Positions 36,836 to 51,828 are shown, counted from the whole stretch's first letter. The stretch: DNA of 63,000 bases, filler included, from Octopus bimaculoides (GCF_001194135.2; 5 parts of 5 records of this genome joined end to end with filler, not necessarily neighbours in it); one strand, 5' to 3'. Translations and numbers: made by a program. Notes: generated from the letters alone by a model not told the origin.

Positions 36836-37583
36836 GAGTTTTTTCTGTTAAATATATGCTCAATATATGCTTAATATGTATCATTACCCTTCATTTTCTG
36901 AAAACAAATATGTCTAGATGGGCTCTTTTCATTCAAAAGCTATTAGCATGGTTCACCCAAAAACTGAAGAATTTGAAATAAAAAAGAAAGCATGTTACAC
37001 AGAATAAAGTAAGCATGACAATGGTGTTACCATAGTGTGCAAACCAGCTGTGAAAAGTTTCATCAGAGTCAGTTCACAGAAACCCGAGAAATCCTAAATT
37101 TCACTCCTAAGCTATTAGCGTAGTTATAAAAATATAATTATAATAAGGGCGCTGAAAACGACAACGCCTGTCCGCTGGATGTACACATTAAATAGTCTAC
37201 AAACCACTTAAGTTTATTACTCCATTACCACAAGGTTGTAAGCGAGGAAAATGAACAGAAAGGTTGACAACACTATATTTCAATTTTTCGCGATTTACGA
37301 TATCAACATAATTTTTCACTCTTCAGTAGTCTAAACCAATCGTAAATAAATGAGAAATATATATATACATACCACTGATGAACAGTCGCACAAATACGGG
37401 CATATACATTTCACATACATGCATACATACATATATATATATACATACCACTGATGAACAGTCGCACAAATACGGGCATATACNNNNNNNNNNNNNNNNN
37501 NNNNNNNNNNNNNNNNNNNNNNNNNNNTTAATTAATTAANNNNNNNNNNNNNNNNNNNNNNNNNNNNNNNNNNNNNNNNNNNN

Positions 37584-37636
<53 letters not shown>

Positions 37637-37659
37637 CAGAAAGCTAGCTAAATAAATAG

Positions 37660-37724
<65 letters not shown>

Positions 37725-37881
37725 CAGTAGACAGACTGATAGAGAGAAAAGAAGATGAGGCGGAAAAGATGGGACAGCCTTCACTTACTTTGAGAAAGCA
37801 CATAGAAAACGCACGTTTTCTAAGAGTACGAGGCCGAGACAAATCTATCGGTGGGAAAAGATGATGCAGAAAAGAAGTTAC

Positions 37882-37949
<68 letters not shown>

Positions 37950-38268
37950 CATTTATTTGCCACGTGGGCGAAAGATGAGGGGGAGAATACAGAGACAGAC
38001 AGTGTGGGAGTTTACATATAATAATGAAAGGATAAATAAAAAAATATACAATAAGTAGGGGAGGATGATAGAGATGTAGCCCTCGTCGTACTGGAACGCC
38101 TCTAGGGATAATAGGGGAACCTCACCGTCCGAGATCTCCCTGAACCCTATGAGCAAGTGCCCTCTCCAATTCCTTCTGTCTGACTCACAGGTCTACACTT
38201 AGAGAGGTACCATCCACTCTTGCCATTTTCACAACTTCCACCCACCTTTCGATAATATTAATAAAAAT

Positions 38269-38328
<60 letters not shown>

Positions 38329-39445
38329 AATAATAGTAAAAGCGGTAATAGTAGTGTTAATAATGGAAAGAAAGTAGACTTTTTTGTGACATAACCGAAC
38401 ATCATTACAGAGATATTTGTGCGCATGTTTACTTGGTTGTTTATTATCGTTAGAAATAGGATGGTGGGAAATCTTATCGATAAGAGAAATGAAGCATTTC
38501 TGGCGGGCACAAATCGCAGGGACCGTTATAAACGGATGAAGAGCATTGAAGTTTTAACTAATTAGATCGGATTTACTACCATTCAACAATGCCAATGGCA
38601 TCAAATGAAAACGTCTTTATATTTCAATTGAAAGGGAGAGAGAAAAAAAAATCAGGAAAACTATAAATACGTTTGGAATAAAATATTTTAAAAAATAGAA
38701 AGAAAATCTTTAAAAAATAACCCCTTTTCTAAAAGAATAAAATCACCACTACTGAGAAACAAATTTAAACAATAAAGTGTATAGATTTCCAAAAAGGAAA
38801 CCAAGAAATTTATATCAATAAGTAAAGCGACACAAAAGAAAATCATTGAAAAATAAAAGAAAAATTGTACCGTCTCTTTGGCTGTGACGAAAGAATTATT
38901 TCCTTCTGCTGTAGTTTATTTATTTGCTGTCTTTGTCGTATTTTTATTTTACTATTTATTGGTTGTTTGTTTGTTTGTTTATATTTTCTTGGACTCATTC
39001 CCAGGATTAATAGTCTAGTATAATGATGTGATTGATACATTTACCAAATGAGAGGAAAATAGAAAAGAAAAGAAAACTAGTTCCATAGCATCTTGTGTGT
39101 GTGTGTGTGTGTGTATATATATGTATATATACAGACATACATACATATATACATACACACATGCATACACACGCACACACCGATGTGCACACACATAAAT
39201 ACATATCTATCTATCTATCTATTTATATATATNNNNNNNNNNNNNNNNNNNNNNNNNNNNNNNNNNNNNNNNNNNNNNNNNNNNNNNNNNNNNNNNNNNN
39301 NNNNNNNNNNNNNNNNNNNNNNNNNNNNNNNNNNNNNNNNNNNNNNNNNNNNNNNNNNNNNNNNNNNNNNNNNNNNNNNNNNNNNNNNNNNNNNNNNNNN
39401 NNNNNNNNNNATATATATATATATATAGATAGATAGATAGATAGC

Positions 39446-39499
<54 letters not shown>

Positions 39500-40134
39500 T
39501 ATGTATGAATGCATGTACATATATCATATATGTGCATGCATTCATACGTATATAGGTACATGTCTTCGTTTAGACACATATACATGCATCCATACACATA
39601 TATATATATTAACATTTTTTTTGTCCCTGTCCAAAGAATTTTAATTGAGTATGAATCAATTTTAGAGATGAAGGAATCTATCAGAAAAATACGCAATTTA
39701 AATTGTTTGAATATATTTTAGTATGTTGATTGGTGTGTATAAAAGTATGTATACTGATATGTATATGTTATCTGAAACCACCGACACACAACTACACAAG
39801 CATGCACACACAGTGAGAGATTGAGAGAAAAACGTAGAAACCCAAAAGAGAAAGTGAAGGATAGCTAACGTAAATGCAAATTCATGCACACGCGCATCTA
39901 TATGTGTATGTGTGATGCGTTAATGAAACAATTTGGTTTCGGTTCGGACGTCCTTCTCTCCGTTTTTTCCTTGTCACTTCGATGCACAGAGATGAACTGA
40001 CGCTACTTTAGCTCTAGCCCAGTGTGAAAATGTAAACCATTGCTTTTGCGTAGCAATAGTTATGCAAAACACTCACAAATACCTATTATTATCTTGTATA
40101 TATATATATATATGTGTGTGTGTGCGTGTGCGTG

Positions 40135-40167
<33 letters not shown>

Positions 40168-40189
40168 ATAAAACAGAGATTTTGTGTGT

Positions 40190-40229
<40 letters not shown>

Positions 40230-40317
40230 TTATGCGGGATAATTTTAAACGGGAGGAAATAAAATCTAACATTCTTCCAATGTTGCATCTTCTAGTATTG
40301 CAGTTACCCACTTCAAT

Positions 40318-41608
40318 GGGGGAAGAAATGCTCATTCCATGTTCAAGCTCCCTCTAAACTTTGCAATGAAAGAATCTCAAGTGTGCAACATTTCCAAAAT
40401 CTCTGCAATGACAACACTTCTCAAAAAAACTTGCCTCGTTGTTTGGAATGAGTGCACTATTTCACATCGTAGAGCTCTAGAGGTACTTGACTGTACCTTC
40501 CAAGACATACAAAAAAACAATAGCACGCTCATGGTTTCGGTTCGGACGTCCTTCTCTCCGTCAAACATTGCCAGTTATCCCTAAAGGATCAAAAGCTGAT
40601 GAGATCAATGCATGCTTTAAAAACTCGTGTCTTTAGAGACATTTGAAAAAACTTCATCTCAGCAACATGAGAGTATTTCTACAAGGTGATCATACGAGCT
40701 TCTTAACATTGGTAATGGGATATTAACGTTCAACTACATGAAATTAAATGCGGTCAAATGATCCTTTCTCTTAGGCATCTTATGGATAAAGTATTTCCTA
40801 ATTTATCTGTCAAGTACACCGATGTAAACTGGCTATGTGAAAGAGCTATACTGGCTCTAACTAATGAAATGGTTGATAAACTCAATCATGAACTTCTTCG
40901 AAAGCTAATAGTTATATCAGATATGACTTTTTGATCAATGGACAACAGTCGATCAAGATCAGGTTATTCAATAACCTGAATTTCTTTACACACTTAAACC
41001 CACTGGGATGTCAGCTCATAACTTGACGCTAAAACTGGGTGCACCCATTATGTTGCTTAGGAACCTTTACCCATCTCACCTGTGTAATGGAACTCACTTA
41101 ATTGTTACTTCCATGAAGCCCCATGTCCTAGATGTAACATTTATAACAGGTAGTCACAAAGGTGAAAATGTCTTAATTCCAAAAATTCCTCTCATACTTA
41201 CAGATGTTCCATTTGAATTTAAGACAATCCAGTTTCCAGTGAAACTAAGTTTTGGTATTTCAGTTAACACATCTCAGGGTCAATCACAGGGTCAAGTAGT
41301 TGGACATGATCTCTCTACTACATGCTTCTTCCATGACAAACTCTATGTTGTTTGCTCGCGAGTTAGAAGCAGCAACAATTTATTCATTTCGATACCCAGA
41401 AAAAATTACACAATGAATATTGTTTACCTTGAGGTGCTTCAAGATTCACAGATTTTCATTTCGAAATCCTATTATCATTACAATTCCAGTATATCTTAAT
41501 AGAATATAGATATTTTGAAATAATTATGAGAATATATCTTTATATTTATTGTTTACAAATCTGAATAAGTACAGCAGTTAGCCGAGCAACGCCGGGTCAT
41601 TCAGGTAG
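40318..41608 (+). mobile_element. Helitron 3' portion: Pif1-like helicase pseudogene plus terminus
   Basis: AHSMFKLPLN, VWNECTISH, RQTLPVIP, LKLGAPIMLLRNL..LCNGT, QFPVKLSFGISVNTSQGQS, LYVVCSRV. Subterminal CCGAGCAACGCCGG (41582) followed by GTAG-T, a CTAG-like end. Confidence 0.92.
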
Positions 41609-41675
41609 TATATGTGTGTGTGTTTGTCTGTGTGTTTGTGCTTGTTTATGTGTGGTGTGTGTGTTTGTGTGTGTG

Positions 41676-41736
<61 letters not shown>

Positions 41737-44360
41737 ACGTACACAATAACTGCATCCACACACTAAGAGACATATACAGAAGTATAAATTCATGTGCTTG
41801 TTTACAGTGAGGACGGTGAAATAAATTTATATTCACACCATACACGCATGATGTACACACACACACACACACACATACACACACACACACACACACGCAT
41901 ACACACACATATATATATACTTGGACACAAGAACCTGTATATATCTGTATGAATATGAATATAAACATATTCACATATACATACACCTGCGATTCTTTCT
42001 GTAAAACCTTCACTGAATGTGAAGTCATGTAAGGGCAGTTATAAGTACCGCAGTGATTTTCACTAATTAACGTAATTAACGGAACACACATGCTTCCTTC
42101 CCAATGTCAATCGGCCAAACTTTCACAGTTTTTTTTTCAGCAGAATCACTTCTTGCAGATAATTCTTTTAATTAATTGCTTTTTGGCCTCCAGATTTCCA
42201 AATACACAAACGCGCACGTAAACACACACAGGCACACTTGCGCACTAGAGGATATATATGTGTATTTTTGCATGGTAATATCCGTGTGTATATGTGGTTG
42301 TTCTGTGTGTGTGTGTGTAGTTTCCTGGGTAAAGGAAGTGAGCTATAACAACTTCTTTTGAATCTTCTCTGCCAATGGTCGTCAGGGCTCAGCTGTTGTC
42401 TAACTTTTTAATGACCAATTCAACTCAAGGATATTATCGTTAGAAATATACCTAAGTAATGAAAGATGAATTATGTGTGATGCTAAAGGTGACAGATTTT
42501 CGAAGTGGTCTTCTCATTAGAGTGAAGCAACTACTTAATGGTGATGATTATAACTGTTGTTGTTGCTATTTCTGCTATTGTCGCTGTAACTGTTGTTAAA
42601 GCAGTTAAACACAGGAAAACTCTGATCAAGCATATCCTCAAACATGTAATTTATTTATGGTTATTTTTATTTGTGTCTAATGTGGACCTACGCTCTTCCT
42701 CTTCCAAAACAACTGTTTGTGAATTTAGGAAATTTAGCATCAATTTCTTGCACATTAAGCGACCGTGTAGTGGTTTCCTATTGACTTTTATATATTGTTC
42801 CCGTCTCTCTCAGTTCAGCAAAAGTAGAGAACTATTTCGGTAGTGATATGTTAAGCTCACCTTCGACTCAGTCTCAACAGTTTGAATCATAACACAAAAT
42901 AATACCATCTTTTATATTCTTAGATTATGGTTTTACTATGTTACTGGGAAGTTGCTTTTGCAGGTATTTTATGTCCCCTCATCACCTTTATTCTGTCCAC
43001 TTATCAGGCCTTGCACAAACAGTTCTTCCTACCCAAGACGTTAATGAGTGACAGCCTATAGAATTCACTGGGTGGGCAAGTTTTTCTGCTGACAACTTGC
43101 AACAATTTAAGATTCAAGAGAAACATTATTCACGTAACTCATGCTGGAATCGATGGGGGTAGGGGAAGTACTGCGAAAACACCTGGCAAAATCCTTTACC
43201 GGTGGGGGTAGGGGAAGTACTGCGAAAACGTCTGGCAAGAGCCTTTTACTAGATTAAATGTGACAAGGGAATCTCCAAAATTTCTCCAGTGCGGACTAGA
43301 TTCAGATGCTGTATGAAATAAGGCCAGGCGTATAAAATAAACTTTAGATAAAGGCTTTGATAAGCAGAGTTTGCTTAAATGTGTAAGAATGTAAGAAAGA
43401 GAGACCGACAGACGGAGGATAAACAGAAAAGACACGGATGTTGAAGAAGTACTTGATGAAATTTAGCGGATGGTAACTTGGACATTATGTTGATTGGTTT
43501 GAGGCCCAATAGAGAGAGTGTAGTTTTTATTCAATACTGTCGCAAAGTTGTGAGTTGTATTTAAATATAGGGTATATGTACACTGTATAGTGTCATCAAC
43601 TAATTAGGCTGTATATAATCAGTGGACATTCTACATTGTTGTGATCGATGCTTAAGTATAACGTACATATGAACCTTATAAAATATCAGTGCCTCTTTAG
43701 GTCATATAGGCTCAGTAAACATTCGCCAAACATTGCTAACATTCATCACCATATCTTTATGCTCTTTATGTACTCACCTCAGTCAAAATCTCTATTTATA
43801 ATTATTTCGTAAGGCAGTACATCGTTTGTCGTTTGCTTCAGGTATGTCCTGTTCGAGCACATTTATAATTAAAGGCATTCCAGCCATGATTATCTGTCTT
43901 AATTTCAGTCCCTTAGATGTAACCCTTAATAAGCGACATTACTCATTCCGTAAACCCAATGAAACCCTAAGCTATATCTTTTATCTTTTACTTGTTTCAG
44001 TTATTAGATTGCGGCCATGCTGGAGCACCATCTTGAAGAATTTAAGTCGAATGAATCAATCCAGTTGAACCAATCCATTTTAACTCTTCCAAATCATTTT
44101 GTTTCATGTCTTCTAAATAACAACTGGTGTTACTCCAGTCAATCCACCTTGATATAGTTTCACTGATTTTCTGCGAGTTACAAGTGTGAATAAATACATG
44201 TAACGTAAATAAATACGAAGCTTGTATCTCTTTTTTCTATTTAGTATCATTCTCTCATTAAATTGATAAATAGATGCATAAAATATCATATGTAAAATTA
44301 ACATTTCTGAGCTGACATCACACACCAATGTATCTAAGACGGGACATTGCCAAGATTATT

Positions 44361-44575
44361 ATTTTCTACTCTAGGCACAAGGCTCGAAATTTGGGGGGGA
44401 GGAGACCAGTCGATTAGATCGACCTCACTACGCAACTGGTACTTAATTTATTGACTCCGAAAGGAAGAAAGGCAAAGTTGACCTCGGCGGAATTTGAACT
44501 CAGAACGTTAAGACAGACGAAATACCGCTAAGCATTTCGCCCGGCGTGCTAACGTTTCTACCAGCTCACCGCCTT
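44361..44575 (-). mobile_element. tRNA-derived SINE family A with 17-bp TSD
   Basis: TSD ACATTGCCAAGATTATT at 44344-44360 and 44576-44592. Confidence 0.92.
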
Positions 44576-44774
44576 ACATTGCCAAGATTATTGACAAACT
44601 AGTACGATGGGAATATAGTGGGTACTTGGATATTTTTGTCTGTGTCGAAACAATCATCCTCTTTAGACCGCATTTATTAAATATGATGCTTTCAATTCAG
44701 GTCTGACGCCTCAATTGCTTCCTTTATAAACAGAGAAAAATAACAAATGTTGAGGACTTGTTTCCATCATATCA

Positions 44775-45152
44775 CTGGTTGGCACTCCGTCGGTTACGAC
44801 GACGAGGGTGCCAGTTGATCCGATCAACGGAACAGCTTGCTCGTGAAATTAACGTGCAAGTGGCTGAGCACTCCACAGACACGTGTACCCTTAACGTAGT
44901 TCTCGGGGATATTCAGCGTGACACAGTGTGACAAGGCTGACCCTTTGAATTACAGGCACAACAGAAACAGGAAGTAAGAGAAAGTTGTGGTGGAAGAGTA
45001 CAGATGGGTTCGCCACCATCCCCTGCTGGAGCCTCGTGGAGCTTTAGGTGTTTTCGCTCAAAAAACACTCACAACGCACGGTCTGGGAATCGAAACCGCG
45101 ATCCTACGACCGCGAGTCCGCTGCCCTAACCACTGGGCCATTGCGCCTCCAC
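44775..45152 (-). mobile_element. Full-length tRNA-derived SINE family B with 11-bp TSD
   Basis: Near-identical to 30288-30670. TSD CCATCATATCA at 44764-44774 and 45153-45163. Confidence 0.92.
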
Positions 45153-45641
45153 CCATCATATCAAACAAGCTAAATAAATTCATGAATGCATGAAAGTTAG
45201 AGCGATTAATAGGACGTCAATGTTATAATTACTACAGCAGAAAATTGTAATATAGTTGACATCGAGTAGTAACGGTAGTGTTTGAAAACAGTTCTAGGTA
45301 TACTGTTGAAAATAATATAGGACTATAAGATTACAAGAATATAGAAGATATATATAATGATACAAATAAACACACACACACACACATATTTTCCCAAACA
45401 CAACCTCATTGTTATATGCCGGCAGAAGCATTCACACACACGTGCGCGCGCGTGCAAGTGTGGGAAAGGTTTATATTAATACATCAAAGCATAGGTGTCC
45501 GATACTGTGAAATGATTCGGTAGTAGAAATTTAATTGAAATAGAGAGATTTCGAATTCTGAAATAAATAATTAGCTTTAAGTTCCTGGGCATGATATGGG
45601 ATATACTAAACGGACGGAACAGATTAAATTTCTGACGGATT

Positions 45642-45672
<31 letters not shown>

Positions 45673-45828
45673 NNNNNNNNNNNNNNNNNNNNNNNNNNNN
45701 NNNNNNNNNNNNNNNNNNNNNNNNNNNNNNNNNNNNNNNNNNNNNNNNNNNNNNNNNNNNNNNNNNNNNNNNNNNNNNNNNNNNNNNNNNNNNNNNNNNN
45801 NNNNNNNNNNNNNNNNNNNNNNNNNNNN

Positions 45829-45895
<67 letters not shown>

Positions 45896-47825
45896 GGTTA
45901 GAGAGATATAATATCCGGGCGGATACCGCGGTGGCTCTCAGTTATGCTCCAAGTTACGGCTAACCGCAGCGATTAGTATCTAACGTCTATGATTTGTCAC
46001 TCACACTGTAAATTACTTTGATGGATAATTCCGTGTTCGCTTCTCTGGATGGTAATATTGTCTGGAGTGTATATTAACGTTAATTGTAACGATAGAGAAT
46101 ATAGATACTTCTTCATCTTCAAAAATTTATTTCCTTTTATTTCATAATTTCAAACAACATATTTCTATGGTTATTACGACCTACACGTGTTTCCATTGCA
46201 CAGAGATACTGGGAAGTTGCTTTTACAGTTATTTTTCGTTCCCTCATCATATTGAAATGATACTAATCTTGTTCATTCCAGGAAAATAAGATGATATTGG
46301 AGAGTATCATAAGAGGAGTGAGTTTCTGAGATACGTTTAAGGTTGTTATCTCGAAATTGAGAATATCACAATTTTCATGGAGATCACCTACTTCATCACA
46401 AGTGGGCTCATTAAAACGACCTATACGTGTTTCCATTGCACATGCAACCGGACATAATTTTCTGTGTAGCTTCCTTCGGAGTCTGTCTACCAGCAAGTCT
46501 CAAAGAGAACTGATCACAGTTAGTTGTCTGTTGGTTGGGGTTCAGGGAGAAGTGAGGGGTGGTTGTTTTGAATCTGAGATCTGATATATTTGTAAGCTTG
46601 CATGGTTGACCTCGGTTTCACACCAGTTACTGGCCGAAGTCAGGATTCTATTTAGATCGAGGTTAATGTTACTGTTTTGGCAGACTTCGTTGTGTATTGT
46701 AGTAATTCAAGTGTAGTCCTTGTTTCGTAATGTTTTTTTTTATTTATTTATTCACAAACTTGCCTGTGATGGACAGATCCTGAACGTCTTTCTATTTGAA
46801 CTTTTTGAAAATCAGTGTAAACTGTGAAACAGGTTAAAGCTTTAAATATATTAATAAAAAAATATTTTAACCATTCTCAGTGCATTTTCAACTCCCATTT
46901 TTCCTATACTTCGACCCGTGTAGAATGAAATAACTTTGTATTATGTATATAAGCAAAATATACAATTAAATTAAGTTACTGAAATACCAGATTGCTAGAA
47001 ATATGAGCCAACACTCCAAATACACAGATTTGCCTATTTAGGTTAAACTTACTGGCCACTTTATTATTATTGCTATTTTTGATAATGGTAATAATACTTT
47101 ATTACACACACACAAACACACACAAACACACACACATCTATGTCTCTATCTATCTCGATCTAACAACCTTCCAAGCTACACACACACACACGCGTTCACA
47201 CACACACACATATACACACATACATATATTGTATCATTTAACAACGTCGTTTCAGCATCAGAAGGTCTTCATAGTGTGTAACACTTCAGATCGGCATTTC
47301 TAAGGCCAAAGTATTGTTTAGCCAGCTGGCTTCTGGCCTCTTCAGTTATAATCACACACTAGAGTTATCCCGTGGTTGCCTATCTACATTGTCACTTAGT
47401 AATACGAGAGAAGAGTTTGTTCTACGATAGCGAGGTAGTCACAGGCGTGTATACAATTGTTTGCTCAAGAAAAAACCACTTGATGTCATTCCTTGAAGAA
47501 GATATTCCGTGGCTGCTGAGTAAACTCAATTAAGAAACAAACATAGTGAATTCCTTTTATTATCGTCTGTATTTCGATGATTTTCTGGCCTACCCTCCGG
47601 CGTGATAACACGTTCAGTTAATCGTATTGTTGTATTGGTAACCGGCTTGACACACACGCACTGGGATTAAAACAGATATACACACACACACATTCATAAC
47701 AATAAATCTATATGTCACTTTCTTTCTCTCCCTCTTGTTCTTACTGTCTCTCTCTCTCTGTATGTTTTTAATATATAAAACCATATATACACACATATAA
47801 GCATGTATATGTGTGTGTGTACACG

Positions 47826-47904
<79 letters not shown>

Positions 47905-47997
47905 ACATATATGTATGTGTCTGCAAATATATATATATATATATATATATAGGCATAGATACATACACATGCACACACACACACACACACACATATA

Positions 47998-48049
<52 letters not shown>

Positions 48050-48289
48050 GAGATTGGTTGATAAAGGAACGAACAGGTATTATTCCTTTACTGTTTGNNN
48101 NNNNNNNNNNNNNNNNNNNNNNNNNNNNNNNNNNNNNNNNNNNNNNNNNNNNNNNNNNNNNNNNNNNNNNNNNNNNNNNNNNNNNNNNNNNNNNNNNNNN
48201 NNNNNNNNNNNNNNNNNNNNNNNNNNNNNNNNNNNNNNNNNNNNNNNNNNNNNNNNNNNNNNNNNNNNNNNNNNNNNNNNNNNNNNNNA

Positions 48290-48561
48290 CCCTTAACGTA
48301 GTTCTCGGGGATATTCAGCGCGACACAGTGTGACAAGGCTGTCCCTTTGAATTACAGGCACAACAAAAACAGGAAGTAAGAGTGAGAGAAAGTTGTGGTG
48401 GAAGAGTACAGCAGGGTTCGCCACCATCCCCTGCCGGAGCCTCGTGGAGCTTTTAGGTGTTTTCGCTCAATAAACACTCACAACGCTCGGTTTGGGAATC
48501 GAAACCGCGACCCTATGACCACGAGTCCGCTGCCCTAACAACTGGGCCATTGCGCCTCCAC
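48290..48561 (-). mobile_element. SINE family B, 3' part lost in gap
   Basis: Same head and body as the other two copies. Confidence 0.9.
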
Positions 48562-50021
48562 ACGTCGTTGATATAATCAGCGGTTAAACTGCAACAGCAA
48601 CGAGTGTTTCGCTATTTTGAAATGCAATTTAGAGCTGAAATGGGTTCCTCCATAAAGCAATGATAGATGGTTTGATATAAGGTAATGCAACCGAATTGGA
48701 CCAACATAATTCTGATTCTGGAGTCTTATATAATATCAACAACAGTAACAACAACTACAACGACGATGACGCCAACAACAACAACCAGAACAGAACAACA
48801 ACAGTATTGGAAATCAGTATTGGAAAACAGTATTGGAAATCAGTATCGACACGAAAAAAAAAAATGGAGTATCAACATGGTTTTTCGACCGGCTAAAATA
48901 GGATCAAAATCGTCTTCAAATTAGATCCCACTGATTCGTGAGAAGAAAAATATGTGATAGTCACGACTGGAACGCTTTTCTTAATATGTCCACTCTGTCA
49001 GAGTTGACATTAGGTTAGAGAACAACAATAATCATAACATAAGTAACAACAACAAAAATTTACAGAAACAACAATTTTCCAGCACCTCTCAATCAAATAT
49101 TTCCATTTCTACATAGCCACTTTGAAATTTTCTTTCCTCTCCAAACCATTTTCACTGAATTCCTAGAGATTCTATCCTCATAATGTTATATATACGGTTA
49201 CGTAGTTTCTCCTGAATATTCTCCTGCTTCCTTTTCAATTTTCTTATTTATTTTCCTTCCTTCCCCTTGCTTCTATTTTCTCTTCAGCGTTCTCGTTTCC
49301 GACTTCCATCTACCTCCCCATCTTATATATCTCCCTATCTATTAACCCTATATCATATTATTCAAATCATTCCATTTCACCAGCCCACGCAGCCAACCAA
49401 CCAACAATTATGTCCACCACAACCACTTTACAACTTCAAGAGCAAATTGCTTCCTTATTCAATTAATTTTCACAAATAAAGAAAACACTAAAAAGAACGC
49501 AACAAAATCAAGACTCTTCGACCATTCCAACATCACAGCTTATGCCACAATAATGCTCTAATCCTTCAAATTTTCTTATACTTCTTCAATATTTTCTTTC
49601 CTTGTATTTATCATAGTGGTAACTGAAATTTTTGTCGTTTTGATAGTAATGGTGGTGGCGGTGAGGTCCGTGTCGGGAACCTCCTCAATTAGACTGCTCT
49701 TAATAACTTTTTTAAATATACACATAACCGCACGCATGCGCATACGCATGCATATGTCGTCTCTCTCTTTCTCATTTGTGCCGTTCACTTTCTCTCTTGC
49801 ACTCAATTTTTCTCTAGTTTTTAAGTTAGTTTCATTTTAACGTGTCAAAGTCATGTTACTTATTACAGTCAATCCATCATTCACACAACTATTTCTAACA
49901 CTTAGCAATTATATAGAAGAATATACATGCACATACGCACACACATATATATGTGTAAGTGAAAGAGAGGGAGACAGACGGAGAGAGAGAGACAGACAGA
50001 CAGACAAACAAACAAACAAAC

Positions 50022-50070
<49 letters not shown>

Positions 50071-50310
50071 TAAGTTCTTGACATCCAAAGACAGCCGGTC
50101 CCACCTAGGCCATGACTTCCGGACGTGTTGCCACCGTTTTCGAAATGCCATCTTTAGTGTGGATTGAACTTCAAGCATTCGGGAGATGCAATATCTTTGA
50201 GTTGTTTTGTATGTCTGTAGTCTTGATACTAGACACGTTTACTAAAGGTGGAGCTAAGGACTATATGTTTTTATTCTTTTAACTATTTCAGTCATTTGAC
50301 TGCGGCCAGA

Positions 50311-50383
<73 letters not shown>

Positions 50384-50429
50384 GACGGGCTTCTTTCAGT
50401 TTNNNNNNNNNNTATATATATATATATAC

Positions 50430-50506
50430 GACGGGCTTCTTTCAGTTTCTATCTACCAAATCCACTCACAAGGCTATAGTAGAAGACACTTGCCCAAGGT
50501 GCCACG
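50430..50506 (-). mobile_element. SINE fragment (family D)
   Basis: cgtggcaccttgggcaagtgtcttctactatagcc..gtggatttggtaga..aactgaaagaagcccgtc, a V/CORE-SINE-like body motif. Confidence 0.5.
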
Positions 50507-50508
50507 AA

Positions 50509-51600
50509 AGGTTGTCAAGAAAGTTCTTGCGGTTTTTAACCTTTAAATTCAGATGCACATATCTCGGCTCAAACAGAACTTTATTAATCGAAATAAACAC
50601 CATCAGAATCAACACACTTTTGCCAACGCGAAACAAGTTTATTTATGCCAGTAGCGTAAAAATCCCGCGTTCGCGTGGCGATGAAGTCATTGAAAGCGTG
50701 TTTGGCATCGTCTTGGTTTTTGAAGCATTTCTCACACAGGGAATTGTCATGATGTTTGAAAAAGTTGTAGTCGGTAGGCGAGAGGGCTAGTCAGTATGGC
50801 GGATGAGGGAGAGTTCCGTAGCCCAATTCGTTCAACTTCTGCAGGGTCCGTTGTGCGACGTGAGGCTGAGCGTTGTCCTTTTTTATTGACCAATGCTGGC
50901 TGTTGTCGTCGGAGTTTCTTATGCATTTCATCTATTTGCTGACAGTACTTCTCCGCCGTAATAGTTTCGCCTGGATCCAAAATGCTGTGATGGATGAGAC
51001 CGGCCGCAGACTACCAAACAGTCACCATGACCTTCTTTTGGTGCAACCACTGAGCTGAGCGTCGCCGGTTGTCGTAAAGGATCCACTTTTCATCGCAAGT
51101 CACAATCCGCTCGAGAAACAGGTCGTTCTTGTTGCGTAAAAAAGGGAAGATGACACTTCAAAACGGCATTGTTTTTTATTGTCGTTCAATTGGTGCGGCA
51201 TCCATTTCTCAAGTAGTTTTGGTTTTTCCAATCTCTTTCAAGTAATTGGAAATTGTTGTACACGTTACGTCGAATTCAGAAGCAAGCTCTCGAACAGGCT
51301 CTTAGTTGATCATTGTCAACATCTGATGGCCGACCACTATGCTTATCATCTTCAAGACTCTCGTCACTGCTATGAAATTTCTTGAACCACCATTGTGTTG
51401 TACGTTCATTAGTGGTTCCAGGGCCAAACGCATCGTTGATATCACGAGATGTCTCAACAGCTTTTCGGCCCAGCTTGAACTGGAATAAGAAAAATGTGCG
51501 AATTTACTTTTTGACCATCTTATATTCAACGTTCCGGAAAAAATGGCCTAATTATTCAAAAAGAAAGAGTAACACGATTAGATAGAGTGAAATATACTTC
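50509..51600 (-). mobile_element. Decayed mariner (Hsmar-like DD34D) transposon
   Basis: DPGETITAEKYCQQIDEMHKKL, LPHPPY, SPTDYNFFKH, GINKLVSRWQKCVDSDGVYFD*. One TIR-like end AGGTTGTCAAGAAAGTTCTTGCGGTTTT at 50509. Confidence 0.88.
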
Positions 51601-51635
51601 ATGATATATTCTTTTATTCTTTTATTCTAGTATTT

Positions 51636-51828
51636 TTGTTTCAGTCATTTGACTGTGGCCATGCTGGAGCACCGCCTTTAGTCGAGCAAACCGACCCCAG
51701 GACTTATTCTTCTAGTACTTATTCCATCGGGGTCTTTTGCCGAACCGCTAAGTTACGGGGACATAAACACACCAGCATCGGTCGTCAAGCGATGTTATGG
51801 GGACAAGCAAAGACACACAAAGACACAC
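51636..51828. mobile_element. SINE-like dispersed repeat family C, CpG-intact copy
   Basis: Homologous to 25595-25790. Short pieces also at ~43988, ~50286 and ~61079. Confidence 0.8.

Noticed and set aside
37044-37070. CTCTGATGAA...CACAGCTG, relative of the 59390 motif
   Set aside because: GAAA core and stem II are missing.
37357-37483. 50-bp duplication containing CTGATGA
   Set aside because: No GAAA partner; abuts a gap, so it may be an assembly duplication.
50380-50448. Duplicated TATATACGACGGGCTTCTTTCAGTTT
   Set aside because: Flanks a 10-N gap; typical unmerged contig overlap.
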